Below are positions 15,301-27,300 of a stretch of DNA of 64,000 nucleotides, piece after piece. This DNA comes from Yuukianura sp. NJ FZ-2021 (lineage: Eukaryota): positions 5,642,001-5,706,000 of the forward strand of contig CM102287.1 in assembly GCA_046563655.1 (NCBI GenBank), in the 5' to 3' direction. The position numbers and the translations under genes are program-made. Under the pieces are notes generated by a model. That model did no database searches. It had not been told where the DNA came from and was given only the letters and a program-made list of their open reading frames with translations. Numbering within the stretch: the first letter of the stretch is position 1; each line of letters opens with the position of its first letter.

Positions 15301-18300
15301 ACAGAGAAGTTCCAGTGGTAGAGACGAGTGATCAAGGTAAGAGAAACCTCTGTTTCCTAAGATACTTTTTATGGGATCCATTTCTCGGAATGATTTTGTG
15401 GTGGAGCTATTTACTACTTTCATTCACTATATACTGTGTACTTCCACGCTGATACTCTTCTTATAACTTGTACTTCTTCGACTAAGAACTGTAGACGATT
15501 ATTTAATGTCTAACACGCAAGTGCATTTCACAACTACAATGGAATTTATACTTTCATTTCCTCCAAAAACATGTTGGATGCTACTGCTGCGTTTTGAAAG
15601 AAGAATGGAATTGCCGGTGGTGGGATTCGAACTGGCGGAGGAGGGGAACGGACAAGCACGTAGGAACCATTGGACTTAAATTCTAATTATGAATTTTGGA
15701 GATTCATTTCCCGTACTGTTCCAGTGCAAAGCCTTGTGTTGAGTGTCAGAGATTCCTCTGGAGGCTTCACGGTTTAATAACGGGTGAAAGTCGGTGTGGA
15801 AGCTGGACAGGCGAAGGCGTAGGCAGTGAAAGTGGGATTTGTGTGAAGACCACCTGCCTCCTGCAGACAGATCGCTTTTACTCTAATGTTAAGATTTCTC
15901 AGTAACAGGACACTTCTGGACGGACTCGAGTGTACGGACTATGTAAGAACATCACCTCTCTGGGCAGTGATTTATGAAATCCGAGAGGTTCTACTTCCAG
16001 TAGAATGCAATTGATGACTGACTCTCCATGAAAATTTACGGCCGCGATTAGGCCGTGCAAGAGCGTCCTGGACTCTGTTTTGCCTGAGCAGGAGCAGGAC
16101 GAGTGAAAGTGATGGGAAATTTCACGGCTGTTACCAGCCTTACGTCCAAACATGATCCTCTTTACAGCTTCTGCTGTCTAGCAGTTCTGGGAACCAAAAG
16201 CTCCTAATTATGAGCTTTGTGTTTCCTTAGTACTCATCAGTTTCTTGTATTAAAGAGGACATGGAAAGAGCATTTGGACGCTGGCTCCTTGAGACTTCAA
16301 AATCTTCCTCCTTCAATTTGAAGAGTTTCTCTTCAAGAATATTGAAAGTTCCATTCTAATCCTCCTTGAGAAGGGAGAAAGAAGGATTTTTCCTTTCTTT
16401 TGTACTCTTACGTCTCCCGCCATACGCTGGAACAACTGGAGAAAGTTGGGGGGACTTTTGGTTGAGAATTGACGACTCGACTTTCACTCGTCGTTTCTTT
16501 ATTAAAGAAAGGGATTTTTTTCTCGTTGTTGTGTTGTCGGAGGAGATAAGTCATCCAGCATGGATGCTGGAAAGTGAGGCTGGAACGCTGGAAGACGCTG
16601 CGCGGTGAGCATCCAGCATCGAGCCGTAACTGCCTAACCTAAAGGACTTTCACTTTAGGCAGCGGGAGAGACTGGGGAAGGCGGAAAGTGAAAGTCATTT
16701 GGAATCTGTTGGTGGTCTCGCACTGTTCGAGTGAAAGTCTAAACCCCCTTCATTTCATTACGCAAAAAAGAGCAGAGAGCGAATGGAAGAAGGAATTTAG
16801 GAACTTTGGCACCCGCAGAAAGTCATTTGGATTCTGCATAATGCTCCTCCACTAGCTCCAGCTTCTGCTTTTTGGAGCCTATTTTTCATTTAGAAAATTA
16901 ATCTAAAAGAGGCATGTCATTCCGCACAGGAGATTTCAAAATGCTGCTGATTTTGGGGAAAAATGAAAGAAGAGGAAGAGTAGAATGTAAAAGGTGGAGT
17001 TAAAATTTTGAATTTGAATTTTTGAAAAATTGGAATGATTTGGGTCGGTTCTCGAAATGAGCTTTGTGGCGCATGAAAATTTTTCGAATTGGGAGTTTAT
17101 CCTACAGTTGAAGCTTGTTTGTTCCAACGCAGGATTGAGTTCGACGTAAACTGAAAAAGAAAATTGAATTTTCATAGTCGAATTACATTGTAAACTAAAA
17201 AATTGAATTTACTAATTTTGCATAAAAGCTAAAGTTTTATGAAAATGTACAAATATAATTCGGGATTATTATTTCTCATTTCAAAATTGATTTTTTATAA
17301 ATGAAATGAAATGAGAGTTTAGAGATTTGCACTTAATTATTTTGAGACAGAAGATTGTAATAATTTGGGAGCTAAAGCTTTGGTAGTATCTGAGCTTATT
17401 TAATTATCTTCTCCAGGTTTTTTCCCTCTTTATTTTGAATATTTGCGGGTAGAGAGAGTCTGTTTGTGGTGGTTGTAGTGTCTACGGTAAGATCCCTGGA
17501 GTGGTGGGTGATTGGTTATTGGATTTTGTATTGTGTGGGATGAGGCTTGGGATTTGGGATTGAGAAGTGAAAGTCCATTAGAACACGGTTCCATGACTTC
17601 CCTCTGCCAAATGAGAATCGGAACGGATGAATGGAGAGATTTCAATTTTCTATTATTCATTTCCATCCCATACTCCAAGTACAAAGCACAATGGAACACT
17701 GCCCAATTCCACACTCTAGCATAGCTCAGTCTATGTATGCGTAGCCTAGAAGAACGATAAGTATTTATGAGCAGACTTTCACCAGGAAATCCCAAATTAT
17801 CAACTTTCTCCTCCTCTCACTCAAATCCCAAGGAATAAGTCCATCTCCCACAATTCTACTGTTGTTGTACAAAACAAGAAAAAAGATCCGTCCACGTTAT
17901 GTGGGAAAGTTGCCGTGACCTTAGTATTACCTGGGAGGTAGGTCAAAGTTCAATTGAGAAAATTTCATGTTAAAAAAAGAAATAGAGAAAGACGAAGACA
18001 ACGAGAATCAGATCAGCAAAAGTGAAAATTTGGAAATAGTTTTATATCATAAAACTACCATCAATGGACCATTCCGAAACCTGAAGTGATTCATAAAGTT
18101 AATACAAACTAATTTTAAATTTTACAGATGACAGTGGTAAACGTAAAACTCTTCCATTTTTCGAAAACGGAAAAAAACATCGACCAAAAAGTAAAAACAG
18201 AAGAGGATTCCTTTAGTTTTACGAAACTCTGCCAAATTCAATTGAATTTCCCAATCTCCAAATGACTGTTCGTACATTGTTTGTTCTTTTTGTAGTTTTT

Positions 18301-21300
18301 TGTTTTGTTTTGAGGGCTGTATCTTTAGTTGGTTGTGTTTTGAGTGACATGGCAGATGATGGTCGTGATGTCTGAATGCCACTGTTTCCTTTCGGAACTT
18401 TCACTCCACTTTTTCCATTTCCACGCTCTTCAACCTCGACTGTTCCATTTTTCTTGTACTTTTTCCCTTGTTTGCAGGATTTTTTTTCGTCTTTAGGGTA
18501 GTGGTAGTGCTGATACGATGGATTGCTTTCTCTTTGGTCGGTGGGGATAAGAGGGGTTCCCATCCATGTCACCGACAGGTTCCCAAGATAAACGGCCTTC
18601 CATTGTTGTCTCCTGCGCTACTACCTACGAAGACCAACCATCAAGCGCCTTACAATTTAACGCTTTCCCCGCGTTCAATGGTTCCCCCTTGGACCCCGTT
18701 TGCTTTCACTTTTTTTGAAAAAGAGCGGGAAAAGTAGGGAATATGAAAAGTATGAAAAGGGGCTGCGAAGACGTACGAACCCCATTTATGCCAACTGTGA
18801 AAGACGACTGGCAAATTAAAAACTTTTTTCAACTTTTCGGTGTAACTTTTTGAAAAAAGAAAAAAATTTTACAAGAGTTACGGAGAGATTTTTAGAAAAC
18901 GTGCAGTTGGAACGCCTTGCATGAGAAAGTCAGGTTATTTGCCGAGTCGTTTTTTTCTGAGAACGATAGTTTTCGAGATTGACATTGTAAAGATTTGTGT
19001 ACAATGCATTTCCGGCGCAGGTTTTCAAAGTTACTGCGGGTTCGGACTTATGTTGACCCGGATTATGGGTTCCATGTCACGATTTCCCCATGGGGTAATG
19101 GTTTCCATGAAAGTTTGTGAGGGAAAAGAGCGCCAAAGAAAGTCAACTTTCACTTTCTCTACTTGTTCAACGTTCCGCTTCGGTTCCCACAAAGACTTGA
19201 AATTTGACGGTGGGAGTCTCGATACGTCTGTCCAGAAGTCCAGAAGAGGGATTTAACCATTGTCAATGTGTCAGAGGAGCTATTGATTCTGGTCAACTGG
19301 TCAAAGTGACGAGGCATGACATGCTTCTCCGAGGTAGCCATCCGAAACTATTGAAACAGAAGAGACATGAGGGAGTTCAGTTGGAAGGAACAGTAGCAAG
19401 TTTTTGGAAGAAAAGATTGGAATTCCAGAATTTGTAAAATCTTGTCGGGAACTTTGAAAAGTTGTTGTCTCTTTGATCTTTTCCTTTTGAATGAAGATGA
19501 AGATGTTGAATTCGGGGAATTTGTTCTTTTGGCGGGTATTTTCGGGAAGAGAGAGGGTGGATTCCTTGGAATTATGAAAGCGAGTAGCAGGGGATGAGTC
19601 AGAGCTTTCTGTTTTCTCCGGATTTTAGTCTAGCCTAACTTTTGGAAAAGTGGAGAATGACACTGGGGAAAGTGACAGGAGTGAGGAATGGGATGATTTC
19701 TGGCATTCCCACTTTGACTTTTGCCTTGTTTCCTTTGAGTGTCTCACTTCTTCATCTTCGGAAGTAAGTGGGGGATGCTAAGAACCATTTCTGTGTGATT
19801 TTGGATCTTCTCGAAGCTCCATGTCTTTTTGGGGGATGATTTCTGGCAGTTCTGGCGGGAGGGATGATGGACGGAATGTGTTTCCCCAACTTCCGTTTCA
19901 CCACAAAGTGAAACTTTTTGTGTTTGAGAGAGACACAACTTTTGTATCTAAAGTACTCTCGTGGATGGCATGTTTTACTTTTTCTGATCGTACATGTACT
20001 TCCCAAGTATGCAATAGCTGGATTCACGACAATGGTTTGTGTCACACTTTGGTTCTTTTTATGGACCATATCTTCTTCTGTTCCGAAGTTTTACGTTCGA
20101 TGGGCGCCATTTTGAAGCTCACGGAATGTCATCTGGAAGAAAGATCTTGGCAAAAATTGAGCCGATTTCCAAAATTAGGTACATGGATAAGGAAGTTACT
20201 GCCGACAAAGAAAGTAAACAGAACAAAGGTATTTGCAACTTTGTGCAAATAAAAAAAATCTACGACTTTTTTTGTGGGAATTTGATTTTTTTAACATTGG
20301 AATTTTAAGTAGAAACGTTAGTGTCGCGTGAAACAAAACGATGAAGATCGGTATATTTAAGCGGAAGCGATTTTCAAAGTTAGCAAAAAGTTTTGTTCAG
20401 TAAGAACTTGTCTTTTGTTTTGTTTACCAAACTCGTGTTTTTGTTTTCTTATCCAAAAATTTTAAGTTTTTGTTTTGTTCGCTCTGCTGAAGAAAGCAAG
20501 GAATGTGACTGAAAAGTCAAATTTTGGAACCCCAACGATTATGTAAAAGATTTCATTTTATCTCTGCTTCTCCGGTTGTCTCAGATCCATTAGTTGCTTC
20601 ATTTGGGCCTCAGCCAAGATGTTTCTTCATCCTGCTCCAGTTTCCAAAAACTGTTTTAAGAACATGCCAAAAGTAGCTTCCTGCAGTTCAATTTATTGAA
20701 CAAGGGACGACATTGTAGCTTTTCTGCTTCTGCTTAGGCTAAGGGACCCCCACTTCCTCATCTGGCACCCCTTATTGTGAAGTGCTGTCCCTTGGAATAT
20801 AAATGCTCAACAGTTGCAACGGATGGAGCACTTAGGCTTTCACGCTTCCCTTGAAAACTTGGTTAGTTACTTCCTTCAAAAACTAGATTTTTAGTTACTC
20901 CCTTCAACAACTAGATTTAGTTACTCCTTTCATTAGAATTTAGTCTTAGTTATTATTTTAAACGTCTCCAGAAACTAAGGTTTAGTTACTCCATTGAAGA
21001 CTTAGGTTTAGTTACTCCCTCCAACAGCTAAGCGTAATGACGAAATAAGTGTAGTTACTCCCTTTAAAAACTAGGTTTAGTTAATTTTTTGCAAACTGGT
21101 CTTAGTTACTCCGTCCTTAATTTACTGTAGTTATTATCGTTACTGATGTGCATAGTTACTCCCTCCAAAAAAAACTAGTTTTCACTTTAGGTGCTTTAAA
21201 ATGTTAGTCCTTGGACTATTTGTAGTTACTCCCGCCATTTCTCTTTTCTCTTTTTATTCAGCTCAGCTGGAATTCCCATCCAGATTTTCGATAAAAAGTC

Positions 21301-24300
21301 CGTTTTTGTGTGAATTTTGGAGAAACAGTTTCCAAATTGGAAGAGAAAGTGAATGGAGAACGGTGCGAGGCGGAATGTCCCGTGGGAATACTGGATCCGT
21401 CAACGGTTTGGTCTGGTGGTAAAACACGGGCGAGTCACAAGGACCCACGAACTTTCGAATCCACTTACTTACCCCGCCACTCCCGCTGCCTAACCCACCG
21501 TCCTTTTGTTGAGAGTCGTCCGGGTAAAAGCCAACGGCATGAAATGGTCCCCTGGGACAAGGCAGAACGGAGCATACAGTCTTAAGCCCCATGAGATCCA
21601 AAGGTCAATTTGGGTCTATTCAAAACGGAGAATGATGAATTCTGTTCATTAGCCTCCCAAGGGCTTTCACGGCCATCAATTTCCCGTCTATTTCCCTAAC
21701 TGCACAAAGGGAGATGTCAAAGGAAAAGTTTCACTTTTTACTTTCACTTTTCTAAAAAGAAAGTTGCCTAGCAGCACAAAAAAAGTAATGACTCTATGCA
21801 TAAACTTGGATTCACATAAAGTTATGCGTTTTGGGAGAAAGTAAACTTGTCTTACTGTGGGGATTGAAAGCAAGCTGGAGACAGTCTAGGCCGGTTCAGC
21901 AAAACGCGGGAAAAGTTGGAAACAGTCTGTGCCGGACGCAGTGAAAGCTAACCGAAACGACGAAAAGTAGCGAGAGGTAGTTGATCTTCTCCTGACAGAA
22001 ACAAAGTTCATAAATTCGGTTATAAAAACCGACTCAAGTACTTTTTTTTGTGCAGAACCTCGTAAAATTTTTTGTTTTAAGTCTTTTCCAGACAAAAGGG
22101 AACGGAGGCGGTTGACTTTTGTGAGGGAAAGCTTTCTTGCTTTCTTCGCTTCGTTGAATTTTGTCCTCATCTCCGTCTTGTCCAAAGTTCTGGAAAGATG
22201 CGTCTAAGTTCGCATGTTCCAGAACTTCAAAAATTCAGTTCCCAACTTATCTCATCGTTCTTTTTATCTTCCCTGCTGAAAAATGATAATCGGGACTATT
22301 GGGGGAAGATAGGAGAGTATAGTCCTTAGGTTTGGCAAAGAAGTCTGTCCATGACAGTGCTTTCTCCGCCCCTCCCAAAACATTAGCCCCCCTTCACTTA
22401 CTCATTCCTTCACACACCACTAACCTCTCTCCAGCTTCCGAAAATGCCTACTTTCCCCATTTATTCCAAAGCGGCAAGGCAGTTAACGAGTTAGCTGCCT
22501 CCGCCTCACTTCAACCTCACTATGTTGCACGGTGGCAGGGAGAAAGTAAGGAAGAAAAAAATTATCATAAAATGTTCATTTTTTGAAGTAGTCGTATGTC
22601 TTCCGGCCGTGAAGACAAGGACTAACCTAAGCGTGAACGTTCCTGAAACTGTAGTTCGACATAACACAACGTTAACTAAATGTTAACGTAACAGCCTATG
22701 TTCTTTACTGTTGCTACCGTATGTGTAGCTTACGTCTTAAGCCGAGTAAAAGCAAAATTTCATAAAAAAGTGTAACTGTGGTGCGTTGATGATGATGGGC
22801 TTGGCGTGTGATGATGAATTTGATGAAATTTTTTTTCAAATGATACACTCTGGCTGCCCTGTCAACAGTGTTCGGCCTGTTTCTAGGTGGGACGTGGGAC
22901 ACCGCGGCGGTGGGGCGACTCTATGAAACCCGTTTCCGCTCCATTTGACCCCCTTCCTTCCAAAGCCGAAGGAAGCGCCGTGTTTTGATGGGTAGAGGAT
23001 CTTGTTCGGAGTGGCAGCGGCGGAAGATCCAAAAGCACCGCTTTTTGCTCTTTCGGTTTTCCTATTCTTTGATAGTAGCAGACTCAAAGATGGGCTGAGA
23101 GAAGGAGAAAGTTTCTATTTAATGGTTCTGTTGTACTTAATTCCACTTGGATGGAAACGGAGGAGCAAGGAAGTCTCGGCATATAAAAATTAATGTTTCA
23201 GTTTGTTTTTATTCAGAAAGAAGCGGAAAAATACGAAACGACTTGTTTTGGATTTTAGACGAAGTGATTTCTATTTTTGATTTTGAGTTTTGGATTTTTG
23301 AAGAAAAAAAGCAGGGAGAAAGTGGAGCCAGATTTGGAACAACCTTAATAGTTCCACTTTCTCTTTTGTCTGGAATTGGAATCTCGATTTTTTTGAAATT
23401 GAACTTTTTTCTTTCACTTTTTTGCAAATGGAAAAAAAGTCTTGAGTAAAGGGAGAGAAAGTTGTGAAAGTTGAAGTACCACTGAATGCCATCAGAAATT
23501 GGTAGTCTACTCCACACCACAAAATTGTACTTGAAATTTCCAAAGTTCGAGTCTGATACTTTGGAGATTTTTTTCTCTTCTCCAGTTCCACTTGAAACTG
23601 AAATGCGGTGAAAGCAGACAGACTTTCACCATGAGTTTTAATATCATGAAATTTTGAGATCCTCCTAAGATTCTGAAGGGAGATTCTCCAAGAGGGAGAA
23701 AGTGTCTGTTCTGCATAGAAATGACTTCGTTAATGTGTGTGGTTGTGTGATCTTGCCTCCAAGGTGGTTTCTCATTAAGATCTTGTCTTGTCTAGTTAGG
23801 TTAAGAAAACGACTTTCACCTTATTTTCAGTTTGTTTTAGGCTACCGTTTCCAGATTGTTTTTCTCTTTGGAACAAAGATTGATCTCCAGAAGAAACTTG
23901 ACGATTAGAGGCAGTTAGGCTAGGTTAGGCTAACTAAAATTGATGATTTGGGCACAGTTAGGCTAGGTTTGAGGTGAGGAACGTTTGGACGCAGTTAGGT
24001 TAGGTTTTTCTTTGTGTGTTTGTCACTGAAGAAGAGTGCTGATTACTTGGCTGTCAGAAGCACAGAAGTGAATTAGAGGTTCTTTTGGGTGAGGTAAGAA
24101 TGAGCAAAAGGCGGACAAAAGACTCGAGGTTTCGGAAGGAGATTAATTACACAAAATGGGAACTTTCTTCGCTTTTACTTTTGCTTTCACCTTGTCTATT
24201 TCTTAAGAACAAAAATGCAGGCATAGTCTAACCACCACCACCACCATAGAGTACAAAGTAGACGGGCGCTTTCGCAGTAGTTTCCATTGTGTTCTCAAAA

Positions 24301-27300
24301 ACCTATTGTATTTTGGTCTTTTTACTTTGGAAATTGCAGCTACTCGAACTGCCACTGAAACGGATGTGGTTCTGTACATTGGACTGGGTGTGGCCATTGT
24401 GGCGCTGACCATCATGGGACTCGTTGTTGTCAAAGTCATGAGAAGAAAAGGACGAAATCATGTCATGTACGACATGGCTCCAAGCGGTAAGTTCAAAATT
24501 TCAAAATTTCCTTAAAAGTGTTTTTTTATGCACAATTCATCGTGAACACGAAGTTATTTAGGTAATGCAGGAATCAAAGTCGTTTATGTTTTTTATTCAT
24601 AGTTAGTGCGTTTTTTTTAAATTGCCAAAGTTCTTTGTCGCTTCCTCCGTACTTCACATCATCGTTACTATTCAATTTTTTTTTTATATATGATGCATAT
24701 GGAAATTGAAAAGTTGTTTTTATTTTTTCTATTTTTTTCAGGTTTTGTTTGCACAAATTTTAGTTTTAATTTTGGTCGTGACAGGCGAACCACATTTTGT
24801 GTCACCTCTTCCTTCCTAAGCGCTCCGCTTTTCGGAGCCTTTGCTCCCTTCAAAATTTGGAATGTCTTGAGAAAAGCGTCGGGTCGCTTGACTTTTTAGG
24901 CAAATATTTTTGTAAAAGTCAGTTGACAGCTGAGAGACGTTAGGAAAAGCGTCTCTCCCAAGTTGGTTTTGCTTTTAAAGGAAGTGGAAAGATAAAGTTT
25001 GGAGACGTGGGTGCTAGAGATGCTGCAATGTTTGAAACGATTAGTCTAGCAACTCGCAGCGTTCTTATCGGATGAATATGGATGGAAAATGTTGGGAAAG
25101 AGGATTCTGAGGTTACCCGTCACTTTTAAATGTCAACCAGCCAACCTTAGACACTAGAGTACTTTAGACTCCAATCCCTTCGTTTCACTTGGTCCATTAT
25201 CCCATTATCCACTCATTATCTTAAGAAGAAGACTTTGGAGAGCATCTTTGCGTTTTGAGAGGGCAGATTTCAAAGTATTTCCATCCCAGCATCTTCATCT
25301 TCCCACTTTGCTCAAAGCTTTACTTTGAAGATGAAGTTTCTGGCGCTATCTCCAGAACCACTTTTAAAATTTCAAAGTGTACAAGGGAGGAGGGAGGGAT
25401 GTGCTTTTAGTTTTTGAACTTGATGAATGAGCCGAGTAGCCAAATGAGTCAAAATGACTGTTCTGAATAGACTTATTTTAGCACCCTGCAAGATGAAAAG
25501 ATGAATTGGAATTTACATGGGGGTAAAGCAACCTTGTAAATCTCGCTACTTTTCCTACTTTTACTTTTACTTTGGAAAGCTACGCGGGTGTTCTTTTCAG
25601 TTTTAGTTTTAGTTACTTCCTCTATTTTCCGTTACTTTTCGTTTTAAGTACAAAGTGTATGCTCCAATTAGACTAATTGGCCACGAACTTAGTACAATGT
25701 TAGGGTAGGATGCAATTTTAAGGCTAGTTTTAGTCCGTATTTCACTAAAACAGGCAACTTCCCTTCATAAATTTTTATTTTACGGGCTTTTCTTACTTAA
25801 AATCACAAGGAAAGGGGTTGGAGAGGGCAAAAAGGAGACTGGCAATTAATCTTTTAGTGAAGTATAGGCAACTGGTTGAGAAATGGAAACTGCTGTAACG
25901 TTAGACACAAAAAGTAGAACTTAAGATTAGGTTAGGCATAACCTAACTTTAGCCTAACCTTAAGGAAACAATAAGGGCCTGCATAATTCAGCTCCCTGAG
26001 CTCTGGAATCCCAATATCGTTCGTTTCCAATCCGAAATAAAGTGGACCAAGCGCTGGACGCTTTCGGTTTTTCCAGCGTTCCAGCGAAATTCAGCTCCAG
26101 GAGAGTTCTAGAGGTGATTTGTGTTTGGTAGTACGTGGTTAGAGCTGCTACTCACTCCAGCATAGGGTAGGGCATGCCTTGAACTAATTAGAATCCGGAA
26201 GACGGAGCACTTTGGCATTGGAAATTGGTGTTTGGGGACTCACTAAAGTGTGTTCTGGAAGGCTCACTTTTTCACAGTCCGTCTTCTCACGGAGGTAATT
26301 GGTCATAAAGGAATTCCAGTTACAGAAGAAAGCAGTTCTTTTCTGAAATGGAGATGAAATCTTTAGTTTTTCAGTTTAAGAGGAAGTGGGAGGGGAGAAA
26401 TCAATTAGAAAGTTTTTGTCAAGTCAACTTTTGGTGTGGTGGTGGGGGAATACTAGGAAGTGGACCGTGGCTTTCCTTTGTACTTTTCACATTGGGATCT
26501 TTTGGCTTTCTGATTTGAGAAGGAAAGAAGGGAGAAAGTTGGAATTAATCTTGTTCACTCTCGAAGAAACAAATTTTGGCAGGGAAATTGTGTAGGGAAG
26601 TGGAAATTTTAGTATGGTTGAAAATAGACACAAAAGGAGATTTGAATCAAGTAGTCAACAGAGGGATAGACGAGATACTTCGCCTGTCAGGAAGATCTCC
26701 TTCCTTCCTCTTGCTGCTGATTCTCGTCAAATCATGCTGATTCATCAATAAAATTTAGTCATCTAAACTTTATTTTATTTCACAATTTCCAATTCAATTT
26801 GATCTTGACGATTTCTACACAATTTTTACTTTATTTTCATCTTGCGACGCTTTTGTGCCAAACAATATTCAAGTTTTGTCAGGGTATGCGAAAATTTAAA
26901 AAATTGAAAGTTTAGAAATTGACATGCCATGTCAGATCCTGCCATCCTAGTGTTAAAGAAAATTTTTTAAAATTGTTTTCATTTTTGTATTTATAAGTCT
27001 GTTCAAGTTATCTTCAAAAGTTTGCACAAAAAAAAAAAGAATTCATTCTTAGTTCGAATATTCCCGTTTTGCTTTTTTTTGGCGTGGCCTGTTTACAAAA
27101 TCTTGAAACCAGATTTGTTTTTTCATTCATTTCTAAATCCGTTGTTGTTGAAATTTCATTTTTTTAGTTTAGTTGAAGTGAGGTACATCTTCGTAACTGG
27201 TAATTTCTGAATTGTGGAAGGAAAACGTCGTTAGGTCATGCTGAATTCATATCCGACTGTTCCTGGGATGATGAATTGTGCTGTCGTTCCGCTTCCTTTC

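Noticed and set aside
15612..15640. GTTCGAATCCCACCACCGGCA tRNA-like 3' end on the minus strand
   Set aside because: No pairing T-stem, anticodon arm or acceptor stem could be built.
20861..21235. CRISPR-like repeat/spacer appearance
   Set aside because: The core is only ~10 nt, spacing is irregular, the spacers resemble each other, there are no cas genes, and it lies in a eukaryotic intron.
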